Shown here in pieces: positions 8,805 to 17,907 of a stretch of DNA of 64,000 nucleotides. Origin of the DNA: a virus; IMG/VR virus record IMGVR_UViG_3300028388_001496, positions 15,317-79,316 of that record; one strand, 5' to 3'. Within the stretch, counting starts at the first letter, position 1, and the number at the start of each line of letters is the position of its first letter. Below the pieces are notes generated by a model that had not been told where the DNA came from, searched no databases, and saw only the letters and a list, made by a program, of their open reading frames with translations. A program made the position numbers and the translations under genes.

Positions 8805-10888
8805 TAAGGTTTTTAATATTCTTTTTGTTTAGTCTGCCTGTTTTTAGTCAACAGTATTATGTTACTAATACAGATGTTCAAGGAACTGGAACACAAGGTA
8901 GTCCGTGGACTTTTACTCAAATGCTAAATAGCGTAAACCCAGGAGATACAATAAATGTTGCTCCAGGCGTATATATACCGCCACAAACAGCTAGTCCCGC
9001 ACAGGGCTATAGACTAACAAGAAATGGAACAGCCTCAAATCCTATTCTAATTAGAGGATATACAAATGTGCCGGGAGATATTGATCCTGATGCTACACAA
9101 GATAAAACCTACAGTAATAGGACTATTCAGCAACCAGCTTTTTGGACGTATGATGTAGGTCAAGCAGCATCTATAAATCCTAGCACATTAAATGCGTTTA
9201 ACAACAACGCAATGCCAACTATTTATGCTGCTGCTGAAACACGACCAAATCCAGATATTAGTTATTGGGGATATACAGCTTTTGAGGTGCTTGGAGATTA
9301 TGTAATTATTCAAAACTTTCAAATTGAAGGTGGATATAATGGATTAAAAACAAACGGTGCAAACAACTCAACTTTTAAAAACATATATGTTAGAGAACAA
9401 CTTTATAGCGGTGTTCAAAATACAAACAATGACAATGTTGTATGGAAAAATATAATATCAGAAGATGGGGGTTATTATGGTTTTGTAAATAAAAATGGAT
9501 CAAACAACATTTTTGATGCTATTGCTGTAGTTGATGATAATAGCAAGTTAAATGGTAACGGTTATTATGGAACCGGCTATTTCTTTTTGTTCTCTCCAAT
9601 GGCAAACTCAGTTGTAACAAACATTTGGGTTCATTTTAATTACATAGGTTGTGGCACAAGTCACTGTGGAGGACACGGAATTGTTTTAAAATGGCCTGAT
9701 GAAGCTACAGGGATAGACAATACTAAAAACGTAGTTGATGGTTTTATTATAACAAATACCTATTTAGAATATCAATTTCCCGGTTCAAAAATAGCAAGTG
9801 ATGGCACTAGAAACATTTACAGAAATGGAGCCGTAATACGGTGGGAAGATTGGGTTTCTGACTATGATAGATCGGGGGCAAGAATAGCTAATAACGCAAA
9901 TGGTCTTTTAGTTGAAAATGTTACGTTTGATAATTGTGCTATTAGCTTTATGGATTGGGATGATGGCAGGGGCGGTGAAGGGCCAAACAATGTTTCTGGT
10001 AGTGCTGGATATGACATGGTTTTTAACAACATAACAAGCATAGGTAATAGATATGCTTTTCAGTTTGATGAATATGGAAACGGTTTTAATGATGGTAGTG
10101 CTAGAGATATTTACGTTTACAATAGTACTTTTTATGGAAGCGTTTATATGTTTGAAAGTTCCAGGGCAAACGAGAATATCAACTTTGTAAATTGTTTGTG
10201 GGATAGTATGAGTTCTGGATATAGAAATAGTGCTATATCAACAAATTATCCGATAGATGCTAGTTTTGATAGTAACAGCTTTTCTAACATAGGATTTAGC
10301 TTAACAACACCTGCTGGAACCAATTATAGAACTGATCCATTATTTACTGATCCAGCTAATTATAATTTTACAGTAACAGAGCCTTCATTATTAACAGCGG
10401 GAGTAGCAACACCATATACTTCCGCAGGACAGCCTTTAGGATCGCTTGATCCTGCTGTAAACGGAGGTGCTGATGTTCCAACTGATCCAGGAGACGTAAC
10501 GCCTCCATCGGTTAGTAATTTTTCTGTTGAATCAATAACAGAAAATAGTATAACTGTTTCTTGGAGTTTAAATGAAGGTGGAACTGGTAAAACAGAATAT
10601 GGAACCAGTACTGGAAATTATACGCTTGAAACAACAAATGAAACAAGTTATTTAACATTTCACAGGCAAACTATGAGGGATTTAATCCCTGATACTCCTT
10701 ACTTTTTTAGAGTAACCGGGACAGATGCTGCAAATAACACATATACTTCAAACGAACTTACAGCAACCACTTTAACGGCAGGTCAAGACCCAGGAGAAGG
10801 AGGCGATCCAAATGAGCCTATTTTAGGAATTTCAAAATCAAATAGAAAAAGAGGAAAAGGCGTTTTATTAAAAAAGAAAAAACAATGA
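8801..10888 (+). CDS. Secreted pectin-lyase-like beta-helix protein + FN3 (putative depolymerase)
   Basis: Signal peptide VFS/Q; GTQGSPW...PGDTINVAPGVY...GTASNPI beta-helix start; DPLFTD end; FN3 domain; basic tail. Confidence 0.7.
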   Translation: MIRFLIFFLFSLPVFSQQYYVTNTDVQGTGTQGSPWTFTQMLNSVNPGDTINVAPGVYIPPQTASPAQGYRLTRNGTASNPILIRGYTNVPGDIDPDATQDKTYSNRTIQQPAFWTYDVGQAASINPSTLNAFNNNAMPTIYAAAETRPNPDISYWGYTAFEVLGDYVIIQNFQIEGGYNGLKTNGANNSTFKNIYVREQLYSGVQNTNNDNVVWKNIISEDGGYYGFVNKNGSNNIFDAIAVVDDNSKLNGNGYYGTGYFFLFSPMANSVVTNIWVHFNYIGCGTSHCGGHGIVLKWPDEATGIDNTKNVVDGFIITNTYLEYQFPGSKIASDGTRNIYRNGAVIRWEDWVSDYDRSGARIANNANGLLVENVTFDNCAISFMDWDDGRGGEGPNNVSGSAGYDMVFNNITSIGNRYAFQFDEYGNGFNDGSARDIYVYNSTFYGSVYMFESSRANENINFVNCLWDSMSSGYRNSAISTNYPIDASFDSNSFSNIGFSLTTPAGTNYRTDPLFTDPANYNFTVTEPSLLTAGVATPYTSAGQPLGSLDPAVNGGADVPTDPGDVTPPSVSNFSVESITENSITVSWSLNEGGTGKTEYGTSTGNYTLETTNETSYLTFHRQTMRDLIPDTPYFFRVTGTDAANNTYTSNELTATTLTAGQDPGEGGDPNEPILGISKSNRKRGKGVLLKKKKQ

Positions 10889-11910
10889 AAAAACTAATCT
10901 ATATACTAACCTTTTTAATCTCAGGCTTTATTCAGGCTCAAATAGCCACAGATAGTATTGCCAAGTTCATATCTATTGGAGGCCAGATTTACAAGGTTAC
11001 AGGAAACAGCGATACGCAATACTTTACAGTTGCTCAATGGAACGCTTTAAGTCAGGCACAACAAGACGCTGTTCAGGATGCGGTGATTGTAACTGATTAT
11101 GGAAGTGCTTTAGGTTTATTTAATGTTACTGATTTAGGAGCTGCTGATAAAACGCTCACTCAATCTGATTTTAATGCTTTTGGTTATACAGACAACACAG
11201 TAACATTTACAGTAGATGATACTCCAGTAAGCAGTTCAAGATTAATTCTTAAAAACACAGATATTGATTCTGTAATAAGCGTTGTTCCAGCCGCTGGCGT
11301 TTCGTTTATTGGAACAGGTACAGGAGTTATTTCAAATGCCTTTAAAATTGATTCTTTAAATGCAGCTACAATTACAAAACTATATGCCAATACTTATAGC
11401 GTAGATGGTTATGTAAAACCATTTATACCTGTTGATCCAGGTATTTATGATGCTCTTAATGCTTTAGAAGATTTTAATGGAAATGAAACAAACGCTATAA
11501 CAGGAGTCACTGAAAATAACGGAAGTGGTACACTAGCTTCAGTTGCAACAACAAGTCCGGCAGTAGGTAGTACTAACATGATTCAGTACACAGTTACAGC
11601 TAATTCTCAAAACACTATATATATAGCCGCACCGAGTACTTTACAATCAGGTGTAAGTTATACTTTAGAGATGAATGTTTCATGTAATTGTCCAGGAGGT
11701 GCTATAGCTAATTTTAGAGTAGATACTTCTGATGGATACGGAGTGCTTGACGTAGATACAAACACTCTATCAGATGGAACTTGGGAGGTTTTAACAATAT
11801 CAGGAACTTGGGGAGGAACAAATAGTGGTCTAGTAAGAATATATTTAGGAGGAACACCTACTATAGGAGATGTAATTTCATTTGATGGATTGAGATGGGT
11901 AGAAAATTAA
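10885..11910 (+). CDS. Secreted adaptor + CBM-like protein
   Basis: Signal peptide IQA/Q; TxxQWxAL motif and VPAxxVxFxG domain shared with 6768; jelly-roll C-terminus. Confidence 0.6.
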   Translation: MKKLIYILTFLISGFIQAQIATDSIAKFISIGGQIYKVTGNSDTQYFTVAQWNALSQAQQDAVQDAVIVTDYGSALGLFNVTDLGAADKTLTQSDFNAFGYTDNTVTFTVDDTPVSSSRLILKNTDIDSVISVVPAAGVSFIGTGTGVISNAFKIDSLNAATITKLYANTYSVDGYVKPFIPVDPGIYDALNALEDFNGNETNAITGVTENNGSGTLASVATTSPAVGSTNMIQYTVTANSQNTIYIAAPSTLQSGVSYTLEMNVSCNCPGGAIANFRVDTSDGYGVLDVDTNTLSDGTWEVLTISGTWGGTNSGLVRIYLGGTPTIGDVISFDGLRWVEN

Positions 11911-13160
11911 TATACATATTTCTTTTTGTTGGTTTGTTTGGATATTCACAAACAAACACAGTAGCAGAATGGTATGCATTATGGGAAACAGCATATCCTA
12001 TTGATTCAGCTAATGGAAACACATCTGGAACTGGTTCACCACTTCAAATGTGGGTAAAGTCAACGTCTAACGGGGCTAATCAAGAACATTATTATTTAGC
12101 TTGGAATTATAAAGGAGTTGTTGATGTATGGAAAGCCAACGGACAAGAAATTGATCTTTGGAGAGCTTTAAAAATGGCATATAATGTAAGAAATGCATCT
12201 GTTCCTTGTGATGGTACAGAAGATCCAAATTGGAGTCCTGGAGAATATCAAGTATGGCCCAGAGAAAGAGACGTTATAGACCCACAGGGAGCGGCTTTGT
12301 GGGAAAGTTATTTTTGGAGATATGTAACACACTTGTTAAGAGTAATGTATCAAAGTCCAGTATTACTTTCAACGGCTCATAATGGAGATCCTGATTTTCC
12401 AGGTACTACTTGGCAAGATGTTTACAATGATATGTTGCCTTGGGTAGAACAACATCTTTGGAATAAATGGGAAGAAGCAAATACAGATAATTTTTACAGA
12501 TCAAGGGTTCACATGGCTCAACATTGGGGTTGGATGGGTATGGAGCTTTATATAATGACAGGAACACAAAAATATTTGAATGTGTTTCAAGAAATAAATT
12601 ATACTGGTATGCCTTCTAATTATCCAGGTGCTAATATTAGAGATGAAGTTTATAATATAGGTGATGCGTATTCATGGACAGCTGTATGGTTTTCTTCTAC
12701 TGCTGTTCAAGATAGAGATCATGCTGAATCTGTTTATAATTCAATTCCAGAAATGTATGAGCAAGGATATCATTGGACATTAGATGATGTAACTGCATTT
12801 AGTGAAGGGTTTAAACAATTTGTATATGGATCGAGTTTAGATAACACTAATACTTATGTTGATGGATCGGGATCATTTACATCTTCTGGTCATGTTGCAT
12901 CTTGTTTGCCTTTAGCAAGATATGATTCACAAATAATGGGATATTGGCAAAACCAAGTAACAACTATTGCGGATATACCGGGATCAGTTAATTGGATTAA
13001 TATGCGATTATATGCAATTGGCGGTGCTGCTTTAGCTCAAGCATATCAAAATAACACAATTTCATATCCTGAAAATTTAGCTGTTACACCTCCTATTCAG
13101 GGTTTGCCTGGAGGAAAAAAAGGATTAAAGAAAAAATACATTTCCATAATAAGCAATTAA
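11895..13160 (+). CDS. Secreted alpha-helical (toroid-like) putative glycan hydrolase/lyase
   Basis: Signal peptide GYS/Q; Trp/Tyr/His-rich helical body; PIQG-basic tail. Confidence 0.45.
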   Translation: MGRKLIYIFLFVGLFGYSQTNTVAEWYALWETAYPIDSANGNTSGTGSPLQMWVKSTSNGANQEHYYLAWNYKGVVDVWKANGQEIDLWRALKMAYNVRNASVPCDGTEDPNWSPGEYQVWPRERDVIDPQGAALWESYFWRYVTHLLRVMYQSPVLLSTAHNGDPDFPGTTWQDVYNDMLPWVEQHLWNKWEEANTDNFYRSRVHMAQHWGWMGMELYIMTGTQKYLNVFQEINYTGMPSNYPGANIRDEVYNIGDAYSWTAVWFSSTAVQDRDHAESVYNSIPEMYEQGYHWTLDDVTAFSEGFKQFVYGSSLDNTNTYVDGSGSFTSSGHVASCLPLARYDSQIMGYWQNQVTTIADIPGSVNWINMRLYAIGGAALAQAYQNNTISYPENLAVTPPIQGLPGGKKGLKKKYISIISN

Positions 13161-13161
13161 C

Positions 13162-14166
13162 ATGAAAAAATTACTCTACATCATAGCGTTAATTTCCTCC
13201 TTTGCATGGAGCCAAGACCCTGTAGTAGTAGGAATAAAAGCCAATGGGCAATACACACAAGTCCTTCAAGGAGGTATTGGTCAAGCCGTTGCCATAGACC
13301 TGCTAAACCCAATCGACAGCCTTGTAACGGCTGCATCTGATTCTTTGTATTTGGAATATACTCACTATCAAACTGGGCTTAATACTGGGCGAAGAAAAAA
13401 CCTTCGCAAGAACAATGGAAGAATTGATTATTTTCCTACCTCTGAAGCTATTCCTCTGAATACTGTTTGGAGAGGAAGAACCGGGGCATCTAATGATACG
13501 CTTGCCATTAATCCATTCAACAATTACAAACTTGTTTTTGATGGACAGACTACTGGTAATGCAGCTTACATCACAGGGCCATACGAAACAATGTATATTG
13601 AAAAGGTAGCCACTGATACTCTACTTGTGGCCGGGGCTAATTTGGTGGAATATACTTACTCCTCTGTAAATCCTTGGCTCATTGACGGGTTTTCTGGGTC
13701 AATAGGGTCTGAGGCCAACACTTCTTATGCCGTAGAAGCAGCTTCTGGTGTTTACATATCCCTTGTCGGGCCATTAGGTGTGACGGAATCTGTTGCCTCT
13801 GACTCCCCAACTGGAGAAGGGGTATATGCTATGGAGTTAACTTCTGACCCAGGGGGTGATGGAGATGGTGATAGGCAAAGAATATTTATTGAAGGGCTTA
13901 CTATTGGGGAGATATATGAATACGAGGTAAGCTATAAAATGGTCACTGGAGCCGGTGGACGGTTTACAATAGCAAACGGAAACGGAGTTAGTATTGAGGA
14001 CACTAGATTTAGTGGCACCACATGGGTAACAGCAACTGGTGAGTTTACATATACAGAAGGAGCAAATAATAATATCCAATGTGTGTTCTATGCTGCTGAT
14101 GCCCCAAGCGGTTTAGCCGGAGATGTTGCTAGATTTCAATTTGACATAAGACTAAAAAATGATTAG
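13162..14166 (+). CDS. Secreted adaptor + CBM-like protein
   Basis: Signal peptide AWS/Q; GLTIGEIYEYEVSYK...TTWVTATGEF CBM4/9-like pattern. Confidence 0.55.
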   Translation: MKKLLYIIALISSFAWSQDPVVVGIKANGQYTQVLQGGIGQAVAIDLLNPIDSLVTAASDSLYLEYTHYQTGLNTGRRKNLRKNNGRIDYFPTSEAIPLNTVWRGRTGASNDTLAINPFNNYKLVFDGQTTGNAAYITGPYETMYIEKVATDTLLVAGANLVEYTYSSVNPWLIDGFSGSIGSEANTSYAVEAASGVYISLVGPLGVTESVASDSPTGEGVYAMELTSDPGGDGDGDRQRIFIEGLTIGEIYEYEVSYKMVTGAGGRFTIANGNGVSIEDTRFSGTTWVTATGEFTYTEGANNNIQCVFYAADAPSGLAGDVARFQFDIRLKND

Positions 14167-15055
14167 AGCTTTATTGTTTTTATTTCTTTTTCCATCTGTC
14201 ATATTTGGACAGGGGTCTATAATTTGGGATACAGACTTTAACTCAATTCAGTGGTCTGTGGATGGTAGCGGAAGAAATGGTGATCCCCAGCTTTGGGAAA
14301 CCAATGGAGCTACTGCCAACCTTGTCGGAAATGCCAGAGAGGGAACGGGTGCTGTTGAACTTCCGATGGAGTCCGACAACGAAAGAAATGAAATGAATGT
14401 AGATGCACTATTTTTTGATGCGTGGAACGAAGAGTTTTGGATAGGTTTTTCATTTAAAATAGTTGAGCCTTTACCGTCTTCAAGATTGTTTATGCAAATT
14501 AGATGTAAAGCTATTGATCCAGATTCCCCTACTGTAAATCCGATTGGATTTAGGCAAGAGTCGCCTGGAAAATGGTATATTCAAACAGCTACTGATCCAA
14601 ATTATTATGATGTTGCTCCTGTTCCATTTGGTGGAGCCGGGTCATATACTGAAAGCAGCAACTTAATAGACTACGTTCAAGGGGAGTGGAACGATGTGGT
14701 AATTTATTGGAAACCAAACTCTGTTGGAAATTCGTCGGATGGAGATGTAAAAATATGGGTTAATGGCGAGGTAATAGTTGATAAGTCCAACACGACAACT
14801 GTTTATAGAAGGTCGGTAGACGGTGTAATTATTGATGATTTTTTTGCTCCTAAGATTGGCCCGTATGCTGGGACTTTGGATAGGGTTGGCGTGTATCATT
14901 ATGATGCTTATAAGGTTTGGAAGGGAGCTGGAGGTACTTACGAAGATGTAAGTCCGCTTGGTTTAAGTCCGGGAGATGTGGGCGGTGGAGGCACACCTGT
15001 AGCCCCAATACAAGGAAATAAAAAAGCAGTTTACAAAGCATTTTACGATAACTAA
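14159..15055 (+). CDS. Secreted polysaccharide lyase-like (jelly-roll, heparin lyase I-like) protein
   Basis: Signal peptide IFG/Q; AREG..AV, RNE, EFWIGFS, GEWNDVV..W, G.VKIWVNG, PKIGPY, YD motifs. Confidence 0.7.
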   Translation: MIRALLFLFLFPSVIFGQGSIIWDTDFNSIQWSVDGSGRNGDPQLWETNGATANLVGNAREGTGAVELPMESDNERNEMNVDALFFDAWNEEFWIGFSFKIVEPLPSSRLFMQIRCKAIDPDSPTVNPIGFRQESPGKWYIQTATDPNYYDVAPVPFGGAGSYTESSNLIDYVQGEWNDVVIYWKPNSVGNSSDGDVKIWVNGEVIVDKSNTTTVYRRSVDGVIIDDFFAPKIGPYAGTLDRVGVYHYDAYKVWKGAGGTYEDVSPLGLSPGDVGGGGTPVAPIQGNKKAVYKAFYDN

Positions 15056-15066
15056 AAATAATCATC

Positions 15067-15393
15067 ATGTTATTACACTTTTTAGAATTAGTAGGATTAT
15101 CACTACTAGGAACAGCAATATATACACTTTGGGCAGTAAGAAAGCATATTAAAGACTTTAAGCCTAAGATTTTTATAGGTAAAAATAAAGGATTTTGGAT
15201 ATGGTGTACTTGTTTTCAAGTGGTTATGTCTTTTACGGCTGTTAAATTTCCAGAGGTAATTGATGGTTTAGGTCAATTTATACCTATTAAATTTGATGAC
15301 CCTAAAGCATTTATTATAAGTGGATGGGCATTAGCTATGGCAGCTAATCAAGTATCTAAACCTGAACAAAAAATAGGTCAACTAAAGAAATAA
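15067..15393 (+). CDS. Membrane protein, holin candidate
   Basis: Three hydrophobic segments and basic C-terminus; lies upstream of the endolysin. Confidence 0.5.
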   Translation: MLLHFLELVGLSLLGTAIYTLWAVRKHIKDFKPKIFIGKNKGFWIWCTCFQVVMSFTAVKFPEVIDGLGQFIPIKFDDPKAFIISGWALAMAANQVSKPEQKIGQLKK

Positions 15394-15401
15394 AATGACT
15401 A

Positions 15402-16145
15402 ATGCAATCATTATTAAATGGAGATGTTATTGTAGAGATAATTAAGTTTGTAGGCTTGATAGCAACTCCTATACTTGGTTATGTAACTGCTAAAAAAGTA
15501 AAAGAAAATAAATCAATAAAAGCTGATAATGAATTACTAAAAGATAATGTATATCAAACTAAAGTACGAGTACTTAAAGAATTGTTTGATTTACAACATT
15601 TTGCTCAATTAGAAAGATATATAAATCTTGTATGGGATACTACTCCTATGGATAGATTTACTATTATGTTTGTAATGAATGGTAAGATTAACTTTAATTA
15701 TCTTACTGTAATTCATGATCAAAGTTCAATAGATCATAAACTAGGAGGTGCTTCTCCTTATGCTAAATTTAGCATAGATCAATCTTATAAAAATCTAGTA
15801 CATAAAATCGAAAAAGGTCGTCCTGTTTGGTATGATATTCCTGCTAAAGAAATAGGAGAAATGAATGATTTTATTGAACTTGAAGGAATAAAAAAGATTG
15901 TATTTTTTCTTGTTAAGAGAATACCTATTGATGAGTTTAATGATATTGTAGTTTATTTGTCTTTTTCTTCTACTACTGAACATGATTTTGATAAATTAGA
16001 TACAAGAAGAGTTGAACTAATAACTTCAGGTAAAATAACTCCTAAACTTGAGGACTTACTTGAATTACCTACTGTTAAAAATGCAGACGAATTATTATCT
16101 AACTTAGAAACAACTGATGAAAGCTTTTCAAATCGCATTAAGTAA
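15402..16145 (+). CDS. Single-TM lysis-associated protein with soluble (GAF-like?) domain
   Basis: One N-terminal TM, short coiled coil, ~170-aa alpha/beta domain; overlaps the endolysin gene. Confidence 0.4.
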   Translation: MQSLLNGDVIVEIIKFVGLIATPILGYVTAKKVKENKSIKADNELLKDNVYQTKVRVLKELFDLQHFAQLERYINLVWDTTPMDRFTIMFVMNGKINFNYLTVIHDQSSIDHKLGGASPYAKFSIDQSYKNLVHKIEKGRPVWYDIPAKEIGEMNDFIELEGIKKIVFFLVKRIPIDEFNDIVVYLSFSSTTEHDFDKLDTRRVELITSGKITPKLEDLLELPTVKNADELLSNLETTDESFSNRIK

Positions 16146-16548
16146 ATTCGGGGTAAAAGAAATAAAAGGACATGAAGACAATCCAGAAATTGTTGGATGG
16201 TTTAATGATCTTGGATATGAGGGTGAAAAACTCAAAGACGAAACAGCTTGGTGCAGTTTATTTGCAAATTGGTGTTGCAAGCAAGCTGGATTACCATATA
16301 CAGGAGCTTTAAATGCTCGTAGTTGGTTAGATTGGGGTGTAGAAGTTGATATACCAAAGCAAGGAGATATAGTTGTGTTATGGAGAGAAAGCCCTGACAG
16401 TTGGAAAGGTCATGTAGGCTTTTATGTAACTGAACGTCATGGTTGGATTTATGTACTTGGAGGAAATCAATCTAACGAGGTAAACATAAAAGCATATCCT
16501 AAAAAACGCTTGCTAGAGTATAGACGCTACTCCAGAGGTGTTGTATGA
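16117..16548 (+). CDS. Endolysin, TIGR02594-family NlpC/P60-CHAP peptidase
   Basis: DETAWC, ARSW, GDIVV, GHVGF, LGGNQS motifs. Confidence 0.88.
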   Translation: MKAFQIALSKFGVKEIKGHEDNPEIVGWFNDLGYEGEKLKDETAWCSLFANWCCKQAGLPYTGALNARSWLDWGVEVDIPKQGDIVVLWRESPDSWKGHVGFYVTERHGWIYVLGGNQSNEVNIKAYPKKRLLEYRRYSRGVV

Positions 16549-16572
16549 TTTTTGCTTGTAAATAATTTTTGA

Positions 16573-16602
16573 TTGGTTTTGTAAAACAGTTTTTTACCTT
16601 TA
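16573..16602 (+). promoter_or_regulatory. Possible Bacteroidota sigma-A promoter
   Basis: TTG-N19-TACCTTTA (one mismatch to TAnnTTTG) in the only intergenic gap here. Confidence 0.45.
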
Positions 16603-16606
16603 AGAA

Positions 16607-17260
16607 ATGGTTAATCTTGCTGTTATAAAGCGTGGTGTAATAGTTGCAATTATACTTATAGTTTTCATTACACTTGTAGTTAACTGTAGAGGTAATATTA
16701 TTACTGCTTTAGGAGGTTATACTGATGAAGACTTTGTAACCAAGATTGATACTGAGTATTTGCCGGTAAAAATAGATACCACAGCAGTATTTAATCATTA
16801 TGTAGAAACTCGTGGTATTATACTAAATCCTGATCCTGAGATTAAGTATAAGTATAAGATTGTAAAAGAATACATTAAAGATACTGTAGTTGTTGATAGT
16901 ACTAAGTATTTTAGTGTAGCTGTAAAAGATAGCTTAATTGATGGAACAATCCATGTCGTTAACAATTTTGAAGGCGACTTACTGGACGCTTATTTTCGTT
17001 ACAAACCTTTGTTTCCTAAGTATATTGAGAAAAGAATACCAATTAAAGTTACGGAAACAAAATACGTCAATACCCAAGGGATTTTGTTTGGTGTTGGTGG
17101 TCGCGTTAATAATTTGGGACATATCGGGGGTCATGCTGCTTTTATGACTAAAAATAGATGGGATTTTAGAGTAGGATATAATAGTGGCAGAGTTATTGAA
17201 AATTCGTTTAACACTGATGATTATATATCAATAGACATAACAAAGTACTTTAAATGGTAA
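16607..17260 (+). CDS. Spanin candidate
   Basis: N-terminal TM/lipobox-like (VVNC), DT/DS-rich stalk, amphipathic beta-strands ending in Trp; follows the endolysin. Confidence 0.5.
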   Translation: MVNLAVIKRGVIVAIILIVFITLVVNCRGNIITALGGYTDEDFVTKIDTEYLPVKIDTTAVFNHYVETRGIILNPDPEIKYKYKIVKEYIKDTVVVDSTKYFSVAVKDSLIDGTIHVVNNFEGDLLDAYFRYKPLFPKYIEKRIPIKVTETKYVNTQGILFGVGGRVNNLGHIGGHAAFMTKNRWDFRVGYNSGRVIENSFNTDDYISIDITKYFKW

Positions 17261-17907
17261 CACTTAGAGGAATAACAGAAAATCTTGCTTTTCAATTTGG
17301 ACAGCAATTTAATCAAACACTACAAAAGTCTATTGAAGATAGTGTTATTGAATTAAGAGCTTTATTTATTAGGCAAGACTTACAAAGAAACCAACTATCT
17401 TTACAACATTATATAGATAGTTTTTGTCTTAATATGGAGCTTGTAGATAAGTCTGAGTGTGAAGGTCTTAGTACAGGTGATAGGATTCTTAGAAGTACAA
17501 CTGAAATACCTCGTTCTATAAGACTTAAAGGAATGGGTAGAACAAATTATAGATATGTTGGACCAGTAGATAGGTCTAAGCCTTTTGTATATGTTGACCC
17601 TGAAGAAATGATGTATGTCGAACATCTTCCTTTTACCGGCCCCTTTACTTACTATACTATTAAAAATGACAGACTATTTTTACTTAATAGGAAAAAAGGT
17701 TGTAAGGTTCTTATGGAAGGTATTATTGAAGATCCTAGAGATATTGCTGATTGTAATTATCCTGATCGCCATTATAATGATATTCCATTTTCATGCCCTG
17801 CTGATCTTATTGTAGGAATTAAGGATGCAATTAAACAACGATTCTTCCCAGAACTTATTAAAGATGGTGAAGAAGTAAATATAGAGAAAGGTGATACTGA
17901 AGCTTAA
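17254..17907 (+). CDS. Tail ring/neck structural protein
   Basis: Size and motifs (RALFIRQ, C..MELVD, YY....RLFL, EDP, P.DL...I) resemble crAss-like ring proteins; position. Confidence 0.55.
   Translation: MVTLRGITENLAFQFGQQFNQTLQKSIEDSVIELRALFIRQDLQRNQLSLQHYIDSFCLNMELVDKSECEGLSTGDRILRSTTEIPRSIRLKGMGRTNYRYVGPVDRSKPFVYVDPEEMMYVEHLPFTGPFTYYTIKNDRLFLLNRKKGCKVLMEGIIEDPRDIADCNYPDRHYNDIPFSCPADLIVGIKDAIKQRFFPELIKDGEEVNIEKGDTEA

Noticed and set aside
3165-15055. Diversity-generating retroelement targets
   Set aside because: No reverse transcriptase and no near-identical TR/VR pair seen in the window
8801-15055. Host polysaccharide utilisation locus or chimeric contig
   Set aside because: No SusC/SusD, regulator or T9SS CTD; genes overlap phage fibre genes and share a domain with the phage long fibre
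16938-17147. Nested o-spanin
   Set aside because: No convincing signal peptide plus lipobox, and the remainder is hydrophobic rather than Pro-rich periplasmic
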